A stretch of 64,000 bases of DNA from Octopus bimaculoides (lineage: Eukaryota), in contig NC_068999.1 of NCBI RefSeq assembly GCF_001194135.2, positions 52,202,959 through 52,266,958 on the forward strand. The letters are read 5' to 3'. The position numbers and the translations under genes are program-made. Below are positions 48,301 to 58,513 of this stretch, piece by piece (within the stretch, counting starts at the first letter, position 1; every line of letters begins with the position of its first letter). The notes below the pieces were generated by a model. It saw only the letters and a program-made list of their open reading frames with translations. It made no database searches and was not told where the DNA came from.

Positions 48301-50639
48301 GTGTGAAACCGCTGAAACAAAGGAGTGCCATTACGTTGACATTCCCTGTCATCATGGTGTAGCTTTTAGCTTTTGCAGACAAGTACGATAAAAAAAAACA
48401 AAAAACCTCTTACTTGAAAACAGGTAAGGGCTAGTAGCAAGAAGGGCGTCTAGCTGTAAGATAATACCCTATAGTGGTAGCATGGAAGAAGGCATTAAAC
48501 ATATGAGTTAATGAATGGATGGCATCTAAAGGTGCTTGAAGAATACCTTCATTGAAATCTGCAGTTAGAAACAAATCTCAAATTATCCTAGTTTTAAGTT
48601 TTGTTTTAAATTTTATATATTTTGTAGAAAATAAAATCTGAATACAAGAGAACTATGAAAATTAGGTCCAGAAAAGCAAGTTCAGGTGTAAACTGTACTA
48701 ATAAAGCAGTCAAGATGAGGATGAAGACAGAAATAAGAGAGTCCCCACAAACATATCACAAAATTTTACCCACACTTTACAAAAATAATCAATCATTAAA
48801 TGATGCGATGTCAAATAAGTCCCAATCATCATCTCCAAACACATTCCAAAACTCTGGAATAGTAAATAATTCTGATTTGGTTTCTGCAGTTTCAGAATAT
48901 GATGGAAACACTATCATTCCTAATTCTTCTAGCAATGTCTCCAACAATCATGTTCAGTTGGTTTCCATCCCCTTTCCAACGAAACATACAAACCAAAACC
49001 CTGCAGATATTTCTGAATGGAATTCTGATGTAGTTGCACTTCCTTTGTCAATTCCAAGCAACACCTCTTCAGTGTCCGATAACTGTACTATGGAGAATTC
49101 CACTTGCAATTTACCAAACTCTGTGAGAAACAACATTGTTGTTACTGCTGTCAATCAAAATAACACAGATGTGAATGACATGGTAGCAACTAATTCACAA
49201 CTCCTTCCTCAGAATTTGTTAACTGCTGAAAGCAAACACGGGTCAGTTTTAATACCCTATGACACCTCACTTTCTAGCAGTGAAGCCATAGTTGCTGACC
49301 CATCTACTGACAGTCCTGATGACAAACAATGTGTCACTAGAACAAGTATAAGAGAAGATAGTCATTTGGCTGAGGCTGCAATGACAGCATCTAGCCAACA
49401 ATATGAGAACTTGGATAATAAATTTTCAACAGAATTACATCAGCTGAAAATAGAAAAAGTTGATCCAAATTCAGAATCACAGTCATTGATAAAATACAAA
49501 CATGTGAGTGTATATATTTTAATTTCATTTATGCATAAATTAACCCGAATTTGTTAGAACAGATGCTACATATACTCTGCATGGTTATTTTTATTTAGCA
49601 TGATATAGTTTGTTGCTGACATCATGTGAGTTGAAGTATGCATGTAGTAAGAATTTAAAAGCTACTTTCTTAGTAACTTTTTCCTTTGAATCGATTACTG
49701 CAGAAATGAATTGTCGTGCAGGACATTAACAAAGAAGGAGAAAATTACCTTTGGTTTATTTTTATACACCTCTAAGACGTGTGACAAATTTTCATTAATT
49801 TGTATTGTGCATCATTATTGTATGTGCTTCTGTATATTTATGTATGCATGTGAGTTAGTGTGTGTATTTCGTTTTCTAGTTTCTTCAAAGTTGAATTCCA
49901 GTATTTATGGTATACCTGTCTATTGTGCATGAAGTTCAAATGATAATCCAATAATTTGCACAATTCTTTTATATTAAAATTTTGTTGTACAATTATGCAA
50001 TAGATTTAGTTAAGAACCTTTTGTTAAATTGTTTTCCAAAAATTACATTAATATGATGATACATAAAAACGTTATAGTTGTTTTATGAAACCAGTCTAAA
50101 TTCACAATTATTTTAGAATTTAATTGAAACACATAATGGTTGTATTTTGGTTCATATAGTAACAAAAGGGTTAAATGAATGCCAAAGTAGGCATGGTTGT
50201 GTGATTAAAATGTTTGTTCTGTAATGGTGTGTTGTTTAAGTTTCAAATACTTGCATGTGTTAGAAGAAATTTGTTGAGGTAGTTGTTCATACATGTACTC
50301 CCGTGTCAGGAGGATTTTTGAAGGATTTCCTGTAATTCAATATGTTTTGGTAAGGACTAGCATATTCTCAATATATCGAAATCTTTCCTTCTTTACTAAA
50401 TCGATGTGGTTTGGATCCAGAGTTTTCGTGCTCTTTGATTACACTGAATGTGTGTTCATTCGTATGTTTAACATTCATTATTTATTTGAGGCTGGGATAT
50501 TATTAGAAGGCCCTTACTCATTGTCCCATGCAATGAATCTGAAACCATGTGTTGGTGATGTAAACTTCTTGACCACACAACCGTGTGTGTATGTGTGTGT
50601 TCATACACACACATGTATATAAACACATATACTTACACA

Positions 50640-50711
<72 letters not shown>

Positions 50712-53700
50712 CTACCTATTAGTTTAATTATTCTAAGTAAAATAGTTAAAAAGAAAGTAGCTGCCACTCCATTTATTAAATGTATGCTTTGTAATAGAGT
50801 TGCTATTCAGTTTTGAAGCCCCTCTTCCAGCAGTTCATACAAATTTTGATTTCACAAAACATACTTATTTTTCATACATGAATTTGTATCACTTTGTATC
50901 TCTTATTTGTGACTTGTAGAACTCCTTTATATACCTTGTAAATTTACAATGTTTTTGTTTCTTTTTAATAATCTTCAGATTGACAATCTAAGTTACAAGA
51001 ATGATTCAGGAAACAGTTCAGCTACATCAGTGCCAAATGGCGTATATTTGGATGTTCATTGTTATGAAGACATAGTTGCTGATGATGAAGGATACCACAA
51101 TGCTTGCAACTCTAGTGTAAGTCTCTGGAATAATCTTCCATGTAACATCTCCAAATTTCATTAAGTAAAAGAAGAAAAAAAATATATCTATGTGTCTGTG
51201 TTTGTCCCATACCACCACTTAACAACTGGTCTTGGTGATCCTACATCCCTGTTACTTAGCAGTTTGGCAAAAGAAAGTGATAGAACAAGTTCCAGGCTTT
51301 AAAAAACAAGCCCCGGGGTTGATTCATTCCACTAAAATTCTTCAAGGTGGTGCCCCAGCATGGCCACCGGTTAATGGCTGAAACAAAAGATGAAAAAAAC
51401 TGGTTGTATGGTTGAGAAGCTTGCTTCCCAACAAGTCCAGTCACACTGTACAACACATTGTGCAAATGTCTTCTATTATAGCCCCAGGCCATCCAAAATT
51501 TTTATAGGTTGCTTTGGTAGGCACCAACAGGAAGAAGCTCATTGTGCATGCATGTGTGTGTGTGTGTACCCTTGTCTTGACATCATTTGATGGTTGCAAA
51601 TGAGCATCACCATTATACAAACAATGTTGTTCATTTTTAGTTTTCCATGAAAAACATGTCTGACCATGGAGGAAATATTATCTTACTTGGAAATGAGACA
51701 GAATTGGTGACAAGAAAGGAAACAAAATGAAGAATATATGCCTTAACAACTCCATCCGACCCATGCAAACATGGAAAAATGAATGTTAAAATGATAATTA
51801 TGATTATTTGTTATTTAATAATTAATAATAAGGATTACCATTAATAATTATGTAACTGTTCTCTTTAATTTTCCAGTCCACAAAAGACAAGAGAAACAGC
51901 AAAAGGTTCAGGAATGATATCCAGCGTTCACGTCATATGTCTCGGTTGGTGATATTTCCTCTTTTATGAAAAATTTTTTTGGTTTAAACCGAATTATTGC
52001 AACAACTCAATACCAGTAATACATAAAGGTTGTCAGACTTTTACATTAACTCGCAGTAGATTGGTTCATAGACATATGGTAAAAACATTGATGTGCTTAT
52101 AAATATAGGCAAATCATCATCATCATCATTTAACGTCTGCTTTCCATGCTAGCATGGGTTGGACGATTTGACTGAGGACTGGCAAGCCAGAAGGTTGCAC
52201 CAGGCTCCAATCTGATCTGGCAGAGTTTCTACAGCTGGATGCCCTTCCCAACGCCAACCACTCCGAGAGTGTAGTGGGTGCTTTTTACGTGCCACCGGCA
52301 CGAGGGCCAGTCTGGCGATACTGGCAACGGCCACGCTCAAATGGTGTTTTTACATGTCACCTGCACGGGAGCCAGTCCAGCGGCACTGGCAACGACCTCG
52401 CTTGAGTGTTTTTTCACGTGCAACCGGCATAAGTGCCAGTAAGGCGATGCTGGTAACAATCACGTTTGAAAGGTGCTTTTTATATGCCACCAGTCAGCTG
52501 CTCTGGCAATGATCATGTTCGGATGGTGCTCTTAGTGCTCCACTGGCACAGGTGCCAGTCATCGAATTTGTGAATTTGATTTGATTTTGGTATATATATT
52601 TAAGTGTGTATGTAGGTGCAGACATGGCTGTGTGGCCAGAAGCTTGCTTTCCAACCACATGGTTCTAGGTTCAGTCCTTCTGTGTGACATCTTGAGCAAG
52701 TGACTTCTATTATAACCTCAGGATGACCAAAGCCTTGTGAGTGGATTTGGTAGTCGGAAACTGAAAGAAGCCCGTTGTATATATGTATATATTTATGCGT
52801 ATGTGTCTTTGTGTTTGTCCACCCAATAAAAGAATGTATGGATGTGCATGTGTGTGTATGCACATCTATGCATATTTATACATGATTGTTCACAATTGTA
52901 TAGCTATCATGTTTTTCTATGGTCATAATCTATTCTACAGTTATTCTTCCAATCCTGTTCTCCTATGCTGGATCAAGATGTTATAAAAATTAAAGGGAAT
53001 TAAGATGTTCAAACTGGCCAGGTTCAGCCTCTCACACCAACCCTGTATAATAGCATTCTGAAAATGAACAATCACATAATCAAAATCTCGAAGCTACAAG
53101 ATAATGTATGATTAATTCAAAGCAATGTGAATGAATAAGCATTACATTTGATAGAATGCTACAGGGTTAAACCAACCATATCTAGCCTAAATATTCTAGT
53201 TGTTTATATTCAAATCAGTCAGATCTGGCCTTAGACACACCTTCCCTACAATGTCATTCTAAAAATAGACAATTGCATCATTGAAACTTTGAAGCTACAA
53301 GATAGTGTATGATTAATTTAGAATAATGTGAATAAAGAAGAATTATATTTGACAAAAAAAAAATGAATGCTAAAGGGTTAAAGAAATATTTTTGTCATTT
53401 TCATCAGAGAAAGGGAACGTCGTCTTCAAATACTGAGCAAAATGACCATATTACAGTTGGTAGTGTATGAAAATGATCCAGAGAATAGGAATAAGATTCT
53501 TCCAAAGCAAGTTATTTTGGATACAGTAAGTATGTTTGCAACTTAGGTTTGCTTCAACTTTAGCACACTGTAGGTGCATCATGTCACCACATGAGTTTTC
53601 TCTCCTGTTGTAGCAGAGCAGTGGCAGGAAAAACAATTCTAAAGAAAATGCACTGTGCTAAAGGTTAAACAGCGCCCCCTTTCCCACCAAAATAATTGTG

Positions 53701-55899
53701 CTCTGTACAAGCAGACAGCAATTGTTTAAGAGTACCCAGTCATCATCATCATCATTGTTTAACATCCACCTTCCATGCTGGCATGAGTTGGACGGTTTGA
53801 CAGGAACCGGCACCAGACTCCAGTCTGTTTTGGCAGGGTTTTTACGGCTGGATGCCCTTCCTAACATCAACCGCCCAGCAAAGTGGACTGAGTGCTTTTT
53901 ATGTGGCACAAGCACAGGTGAGGTCAGTTTAGGCAAGGTTTTTACTGCTGGATGCCCTTCCAAATGCCAACCACTTTACTGTGTGGACTGTATGTATGGA
54001 AATAAAGAAAAAAAAAATATATAGAAATGGATCTTGGTTATAGTTTCTGACTATAAGTGTTAAGATATTCAAAAAAATTATACAAGGCAAATTGAATAAG
54101 CATGTAAGTAGTTGAGTATTCTATGGACATATATACCTTTTAATGTAATTCTTGGGGGTAGAATTAAGTATACTGTAACTAGGCTGTGCCTTTGAATTCC
54201 AAGTACAGTACATCGAATGAGCTTCTACACAGTTATCACCTATGCAATTTCACTTACTAAGTATGGGTCAACCCAAGTTCAAAGAAAATGACAATTGCTC
54301 ATCATGCTATGAAGTGGGATTGAACATGTGACCTTGTGACTGTGAATTGATCTTAATTGTTTAACCAACTGTGCCTACAAGTTTCACTTTATGAATTCAT
54401 GCAAATAGAGTTGGCCTTATTTGGTCTTGTTAAACTAAATCACTTAAATTGACCTGTTTATCTCCTTTGTTATTGGGGTTATTTGAACAATTTTTTTCTT
54501 ATTACTGTATATCTCCTCATATATCTTAGTGCAACGTTCTCTTATCAGAGAGATCTCAATGTTCTCAGATTTCACTTTTTTACCAACAAGTCCGGTTACT
54601 CTTAGTCCGCATTTATCATCCATTTGCTTTACATGTCCATAACATTGTAGCCAGCCATGTGTAACCATACATGGACAAAGACATGCTTGCGATTGGTATG
54701 ATATTTTTATCAGGAGCTGAGTATATTTTGGTTTTATAAAACATGAATAGACAGTAATAACTAGTTGTGAATAGAGAAAAGATTTCCATAAAGGATTGAT
54801 ATTATTAACAAAAATAGGAATAAATGAATAATAGCACATGTCCAATAAATGAAAACTGATTTAGCTTTTTATTTTGACAGGCAATAGAACTCGTCCATTC
54901 CTTAAAGATTGGTGAAGATTATTTAGTATCAGTGATAAGTTCTTTGTATACAAAAAATGACTTTCTCTGGGAGAAGTTATCAAAAGTTAAAGGTAATTAT
55001 TTTCCCTTCACTTTTGAATTCATTAAAATCTTTTTAATCAAGTGTTGAAGCATATCTATAAATTTTGGCAATCATATATCTGTGAGTGTATGTATGCTCT
55101 ATTTGCATAGCTACAAAGTGTTTTTAAAATTTGTATACATGCTAATTGTTGAGGCAGGAGCAAATTATATTATTGATGGGGATTTCTTATGAAATTTTCT
55201 CAGTGAAATCTGATAGATGCAAACTGTGTGTTAGCCTATAGGTGAAAAATGGTTGAGAAACACTGTTCTAAGTTTAGACCTTATTGGGTCCACTTTGCTT
55301 TCCACTTTTCTACAGTCAATAACAAATACCATTCATATGTTGGTCTCTGTTCATATTCCTTCCTTATCAATGTTTTTTTTTTCAAACTTTATTGAAGTGT
55401 GTTGTTCTTTTTTTAAACAGGAGAATTATATGAAATTGGTTACGTCGAATCAGAGATCAATAAAATTCTTGATGATGCTGGCTTACCATTTGACATGTAC
55501 AAACCTCCAGTGATATCTACGGCACAGACGTATGAAGACATGGGATCTCCTCTCAAGTTTGTTCCATCAAATCATCCCTCAACTTTCGAATGTCAGATCA
55601 TTTCTGACGAAGACTGTGAAGTCGATGTGGTCTCAGAGACTACAACAGTTCCCCAGAAGCAAATTCTGATTGCACAGTCTCACCAATCTACACCAAACTG
55701 CAACGAGCCCATTAGTAATGACGACGATGTAATTATACTATCGCCACAATGGGATACAGAAGAGAAAATATCAGACGTCGACACTACTTCCTCCACTCTT
55801 ATGATTGATAGTGTTTACAGCCTGGCTCCAGAAAACTACGAGAACTTCAGTACTTCATATAACATCACTGATGATACACAGATCATCCAACTGGATTAA
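2897..55899 (+). CDS. MGA: MGA-like bHLH-leucine zipper transcription factor (MAX dimerization partner), 16 coding exons, about 2783 aa, no T-box seen
   Basis: Manual splicing: all 15 introns are GT-AG and phase-compatible, and the CDS sums to 8352 nt (multiple of 3) ending in TAA. Motifs resemble vertebrate MGA as I recall it: EVDGILFMSFPSEESL, SSELDRYLAGE, CDKEYCRLGCIC, and basic region RSRHMSRERERR (H-x3-E-x3-R) followed by helix-loop-helix and a heptad zipper. Orthology is from motif recall, not a database search. Confidence 0.88.
3488..3711 (-). mobile_element. SINE family C (ggcggtgagctggcagaa...gagttcaaattcc...ctggggtcgatgtaatc); other copies near 7350-7560, 9900-10100(-), 10150-10340(-), 24810-24970, 32473-32640, 34158-34350
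   Basis: Shared A/B-box-like head and body across the listed copies. Confidence 0.8.
5946..6160 (-). mobile_element. SINE family A partial copy
   Basis: Shares gtacccttaacgtagttctcgggg...ccattgtgcctcc with 21199..21584; has an internal deletion. Confidence 0.8.
7868..8074. mobile_element. piggyBac-type MITE (TTAA-CCCTTTAG...CTAAAGGG-TTAA, about 210-230 bp); other copies near 16787-17011, 17628-17844, 19064-19261, 19409-19601, 21802-21984, 31522-31749, 34805-35190 (two), 43370-43575, 53005-53381 (two), 60560-60758
   Basis: Terminal inverted repeats begin CCCT inside TTAA, the established piggyBac signature; the non-coding internal sequence is shared across at least 12 copies. Confidence 0.8.
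8883..9245 (+). mobile_element. tRNA-headed SINE, distinct family (related copy near 44596-44870)
   Basis: tgactcaatggttagagtg A-box-like and gtttgattcttggacc B-box-like motifs, followed by ttgtgttcttgagcaagacac, which is shared with the 44.6-kb copy. Confidence 0.6.
10487..15028 (+). CDS. MGA: MGA-like coding exon 2 (4542-nt giant exon)
   Basis: Poly-T tract plus ttacag acceptor at 10486 (phase 0), cct|gtaagt donor at 15029 (phase 0); lies inside the 1528-aa ORF and contains the ELDRYL and EVDGILFMSF motifs. Confidence 0.92.
17430..17590 (+). mobile_element. SINE family A 3' fragment
   Basis: ttaagggtacacgtgtctgtggagtgctcagccacttgca is shared with 58383-58420. Confidence 0.75.
18383..18449 (+). 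CDS. MGA: MGA-like coding exon 3 (VIEKSAHLLYQSDEMHAIRKLG)
   Basis: tttcttgcag acceptor and gag|gtaaat donor; 67 nt, phase 0 to 1, exactly bridging exons 2 and 4. Confidence 0.75.
19839..20089 (+). CDS. MGA: MGA-like coding exon 4 (EFELNEPSIRKRTRS...TQVDSV)
   Basis: tttgttgtag acceptor (phase 1) and gtg|gtatgt donor (phase 0); inside ORF 19811..20164. Confidence 0.85.
20773..20856. repeat. Perfect 42-bp tandem duplication
   Basis: gatacttcgaagagcaattctttttctaatactattattgaa occurs twice. Confidence 0.95.
21199..21584 (-). mobile_element. SINE family A copy, near full length
   Basis: Reverse complement of 58120..58513 over most of its length. Confidence 0.85.
23406..23501 (+). other. Candidate 96-nt cassette (poison) exon with an in-frame TGA at 23430-23432
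   Basis: tttcaatatctttctttag acceptor and cct|gtaagt consensus donor; phase 0/0 like flanking exons 4 and 5. Confidence 0.45.
26263..26371. repeat. 23-bp minisatellite (tatacttttcatcataaccacta), about 4.5 copies
   Basis: Direct inspection. Confidence 0.85.
28007..28845. mobile_element. Foldback/MITE-like element with about 340-370-bp inverted arms flanked by TA (Tc1/mariner-type target site)
   Basis: 28009..28376 is the reverse complement of 28508..28843 apart from several substitutions/indels and a 30-bp tandem duplication in the left arm; TA at 28007-28008 and 28844-28845; the centre contains a 74-N gap. Confidence 0.75.
29260..30090 (-). pseudogene. Decayed mariner-family transposase remnant
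   Basis: Minus-strand translation across stops and frameshifts gives LIVSEISKETGI...ILKEKL...HVAVEFVPCQL, then KVM..., LDVLRHLREAVQ and VLHHENTPA, matching the mariner HTH and catalytic-domain motifs (RRVAAKFVP, LHHDNAPAH). Confidence 0.75.
31950..32200 (-). pseudogene. Possible Penelope-like reverse transcriptase fragment
   Basis: Minus-strand KTINDGTPMGST resembles the RT motif Q..GT.MGSP; the surrounding sequence is heavily degenerate. Confidence 0.35.
33297..33498 (+). CDS. MGA: MGA-like coding exon 5 (MDEKRRLEE...EKCNKP)
   Basis: cctgtttag acceptor (phase 0) and ccag|gtttgt donor (phase 1); ORF 33297..33506. Confidence 0.85.
35318..35874 (+). CDS. MGA: MGA-like coding exon 6, Cys-rich MGA conserved domain (GCRYGCIC...CRLGCIC...CCELTCCC)
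   Basis: tttctatgcctag acceptor (phase 1) and aat|gttagt donor (phase 0). CDKEYCRLGCIC resembles vertebrate MGA CNNDFCRLGCVC (recalled). Confidence 0.92.
37780..38087. repeat. 60-bp minisatellite, 5 full units plus a partial unit, each with GTCACGTG
   Basis: Unit actgtctccgtgatagtcacgtgtttagggtaaatataaataaaatgaaatatattaaat is visible at a 60-nt period with 1-2 variants per unit. Confidence 0.97.
39814..39891 (+). CDS. MGA: MGA-like coding exon 7 (QSSLRSHVAGSRRKFSCKSTKSVQGK)
   Basis: Polypyrimidine tract plus ccag acceptor, aag|gtaatg donor; 78 nt, phase 0/0, open frame. Confidence 0.75.
41281..41330 (+). CDS. MGA: MGA-like coding exon 8 (ASGSEKENSKSSTPFKR)
   Basis: cttgcttcag acceptor and acg|gtatac donor; 50 nt, phase 0 to 2, which the phase-2 acceptor of exon 9 requires. 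Confidence 0.78.
43050..43269 (+). CDS. MGA: MGA-like coding exon 9 (TYSLRGSSSR...EDTENY)
   Basis: tgttcttag acceptor (phase 2) and tat|gtacgt donor (phase 0); inside ORF 42904..43320. Confidence 0.82.
44075..44383 (+). CDS. MGA: MGA-like coding exon 10 (NVGNKELQ...SEAGNE)
   Basis: ggttttag acceptor and gag|gtaatt donor; phase 0/0; inside ORF 44138..44542. Confidence 0.85.
46990..47700 (-). pseudogene. Decayed Penelope-like retroelement, C-terminal/GIY-YIG-side remnant
   Basis: Minus-strand peptides LIWFTPSVSLNVQSNIARNFL...NKHF...SC..NI and RSEIFTKCDHFIKYLL resemble Penelope-like motifs IIWFNPP..NV.TNIG..FL...KHF and RSE..SKCRH..K.LL (recalled); many stops. Confidence 0.6.
48628..49503 (+). 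CDS. MGA: MGA-like coding exon 11 (KIKSEYKRTMKIRSRK...IKYKH), Ser/Asn-rich
   Basis: ttttgtag acceptor and cat|gtgagt donor; phase 0/0; 300-aa ORF 48655..49557. Confidence 0.88.
50979..51116 (+). CDS. MGA: MGA-like coding exon 12 (IDNLSYK...ACNSS)
   Basis: atcttcag acceptor and agt|gtaagt donor; phase 0/0. Confidence 0.83.
51877..51944 (+). CDS. MGA: MGA-like coding exon 13, start of the bHLH basic region (STKDKRNSKRFRNDIQRSRHMSR)
   Basis: ttttccag acceptor and tcg|gttggt donor (phase 2); joins exon 14 to give RSRHMSRERERR. Confidence 0.85.
52114..52560 (+). mobile_element. Interspersed repeat family D ((cat)n-tttaacgtc...ccatgctagcatgggttgga...ggatgcccttcc); other copies near 19270-19405(-), 36465-36650, 45015-45200, 45880-46175(-), 47935-48100(-), 53740-53990
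   Basis: Recurrent shared segments in both orientations; probably a SINE read antisense with a (GAT)n tail. Confidence 0.75.
53408..53525 (+). CDS. MGA: MGA-like coding exon 14, basic region, helix 1 and loop (ERERRLQILSKMTILQLVV...PKQVILDT)
   Basis: ttttcatcag acceptor (phase 2) and aca|gtaagt donor (phase 0); contains the K-x-x-I-L helix-2 signature. Not in the ORF track. Confidence 0.9.
54881..54992 (+). CDS. MGA: MGA-like coding exon 15, helix 2 plus leucine zipper (AIELVHSLKIGEDYLVSVISSLYTKNDFLWEKLSKVK)
   Basis: ttttgacag acceptor (phase 0) and aag|gtaatt donor (phase 1); heptad L8-L15-L22-L29-V36. Confidence 0.9.
55421..55899 (+). CDS. MGA: MGA-like terminal coding exon 16 (GELYEIG...EVDVVSE...IIQLD*)
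   Basis: ttttaaacag acceptor (phase 1), in frame with ORF 55495..55899, TAA stop. Confidence 0.87.
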
Positions 55900-56804
55900 A
55901 TTTTCTATGCATTGGCCCACTGTTGAGTGACTTTTTCCAAATTTTACATTTAGTGTGTGAATAAGGAATAACAGCTTGCATATGTATAACATACACAAGC
56001 ACAAACCAAAAAGTAGAATATTAACTGACCGAATATAAAACATGCCACTGCATTCTGTCATTCTTAAGAAGTCATAATATTGTAACAATTTGACATCTCT
56101 CCTTGATTATATATATATATATATATATNNNNNNNNNNNNNNNNNNNNNNNNNNNNNNNNNNNNNNNNNNNNNNNNNNNNNNNNNNNNNNNNNNNNNNNN
56201 NNNNNNNNNNNNNNNNNNNNNNNNNNNNNNNNNNNNNNNNNNNNNNNNNNNNNNNNNNNNNNNNNNNNNNNNNNNNNNNNNNNNNNNNNNNNNNNNNNNN
56301 NNNNNNNNNNNNNNNNNNNNNNNNNNNNNNNNNNNNNNNNNNNNNNNNNNNNNNNNNNNNNNNNNNNNNNNNNNNNNNNNNNNNNNNNNNNNNNNNNNNN
56401 NNNNNNNNNNNNNNNNNNNNNNNNNNNAACAGCAGGTTACAACCACTTTCATCAACTCGTAACTCGCATTCATCCAAGTCATTAACATTAAACTAATTGT
56501 GTTAATTGTAAATTAAAAGTAAAAGAAACTAAAACGATAAAACAGAATGCAAACAATTTTATTTTAATTGTTTTGATTTAAGAGGTTATTTTTCGTAGTT
56601 CTGTTTTTTTTTTTCTAAGTAAATATTTTTAATGTGGATCTGGCAGCAATATAATGAATGGATAAACTGTTAACTACTTGTTAAAAGACCCTTTATCATT
56701 GTTTACTCCTCAAAAATGCTGTTAATAATATGAACTTTTTACTCATCAAATTCTTTGTTGCTATAAAAACTACTCTATTGTTATACACAACACCTCAAGG
56801 ATTG

Positions 56805-57075
56805 CTCACTCATTGCTACAAGGACTGTTCTTCATCACACACCATTGCCACAAGGACTATACTTCATGACAGGGAATGTCTTCATCATATACACCATTGC
56901 TACAAAGACCTCTTTGTTACCTATCATATATACACCATTCCATAGAAAGGACTCCATTATCCATCCTAAACGCACCATTGCTATAAAGACTTCAGATCAT
57001 CATTAATACCATTCGTACATACAAGGACTATACTTCATCTTCTCCAATATATCATACACACTGTTTCTATAAGTA
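56805..57075. repeat. Degenerate minisatellite of about 33-40 bp (acaccattgctacaaggac...catcat) in the putative 3' UTR
   Basis: Recurrent caccattgc / acaaggacta motifs, about 7 copies. Confidence 0.65.
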
Positions 57076-57180
57076 TTGTTCTTTACCAACCCTCATACTA
57101 CTCATGAAACATTTAATTACTGTTTCATAACTAAACAGTTTAACTGTATGGTGATCGTTGCATACTCTAGTTAAAATGTT

Positions 57181-57186
57181 AATAAA
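57181..57186 (+). promoter_or_regulatory. Candidate polyadenylation signal (AATAAA) for the MGA-like gene
   Basis: Canonical hexamer about 1.3 kb after the stop; gap 56129-56428 lies in between and there is no transcript evidence. Confidence 0.3.
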
Positions 57187-58119
57187 GTTTACAGTTTCAA
57201 TCGGGAAACTTCAACAACATATACAGCAGTAGTATATACTGTAATTTATTAGCAAGAAACGTTTGTTAAATTATAAAAAAAACAAAGCAAAATATTTCTT
57301 TTAGCTGTTGTCTTTTATTATTTCAATAAGTACTTGGAAGTTTCAAATATAGGAGGCTTGTAAAAAAACAGAAAATTCCATGACCTGCAGTTATTTTCAA
57401 TGGATCTGAGTTAATCTTTGACAATAATGCTGGATTGTGGTTGATGTTCTAGTGAAACTAAACCCCCCCCCCCCCCCCNNNNNNNNNNNNNNNNNNNNNN
57501 NNNNNNNNNNNNNACCTTATAATATCAGAATGCACCATCAGTAGAGTTTTAGGATCAGTTTCTGTCCTTACATCTTATGTTCCAGTTGCTAAAATATACC
57601 TCCTCCTCTTGCTACTGTTACAACCACCACCACCTCTTTGCTTTCCTCTTTCTCTGTTCCTCCTTTTGGCATGTAATCACTTGTTCAGCTTTTCAACAGA
57701 AGTCATTCTCTCTCTCTGTCTCTCAAATACCAGTAATTTCTGGTTGTAAATGCTAGAGTAGATATACAAGGCTCTGATAATAATTGTCTGGCATCAAGCA
57801 TAATGAACTATTATTCATGCAAGAATTGCTTTTGGTTTAAAATGTCTACTTAGGATTCCTTTTATCTTTTATAACTTGAATTCTCTCATCTAACAAATTC
57901 TTTTTTTTTTTTTTCAATCCCAGGAAAAATAAATATGGCAGCTATCTTTGTTTTCAGCTTCAATTTGAAAAACTGAAAACAAATTAAAAAATCAATACTT
58001 TAATGTTATTCATCTACATTTTAGAAAATGGAAATATCTTCAAATTAATAATACATCATTCTTCATCGATTCATTTTCTTAGATTTGATATTTCTCTTCT
58101 TTATACTCAATTAATATGT

Positions 58120-58513
58120 GGAGGCGCAATGGCTCAGTGGTTAGGGCAGCGGACTCGTGGTCGTAGGATCGCAGTTTCGATTCCCAGACCAGGCGCTGTG
58201 AGTGTTTATTGAGCGAAAACACCTAAAGCTCCATGAGGCTCTGGCAGGGGATGGTGGCGACCCCTGCTGTACTCTTCCACCACAACTTTCTCTCACTCTT
58301 ACTTCCTGTTTCTGTTGTGCCTGTAATTCAAAGGGTCAGCCTTGTCACACTGTGTCACGCTGAATATCCCCGAGAACTACGTTAAGGGTACACGTGTCTG
58401 TGGAGTGCTCAGCCACTTGCACGTTGATTTCACGAGCAGGCTGTTCCGTTGATCGGATCAACTGGAACCCTCGACGTCGTAAGCGACGGAGTGCCAACAA
58501 CAACAACAACAAC
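58120..58513 (+). mobile_element. Full-length tRNA-derived SINE (family A) with (CAA)n tail
   Basis: Pol III A box tggctcagtgg (58130-58140), B-box-like gtttcgattcc (58174-58184), body shared with other copies, (caa)n tail. Resembles octopus tRNA-derived SINEs; family name not verified. Confidence 0.85.

Noticed and set aside
54444-54845. 133-aa minus-strand ORF repeated at 58975..59214
   Set aside because: It is the antisense of the duplicated intron segment, with no protein-like features.
58120-58200. tRNA-like A/B boxes as a possible tRNA gene
   Set aside because: It continues into a SINE body and tail present in several copies; no complete cloverleaf.
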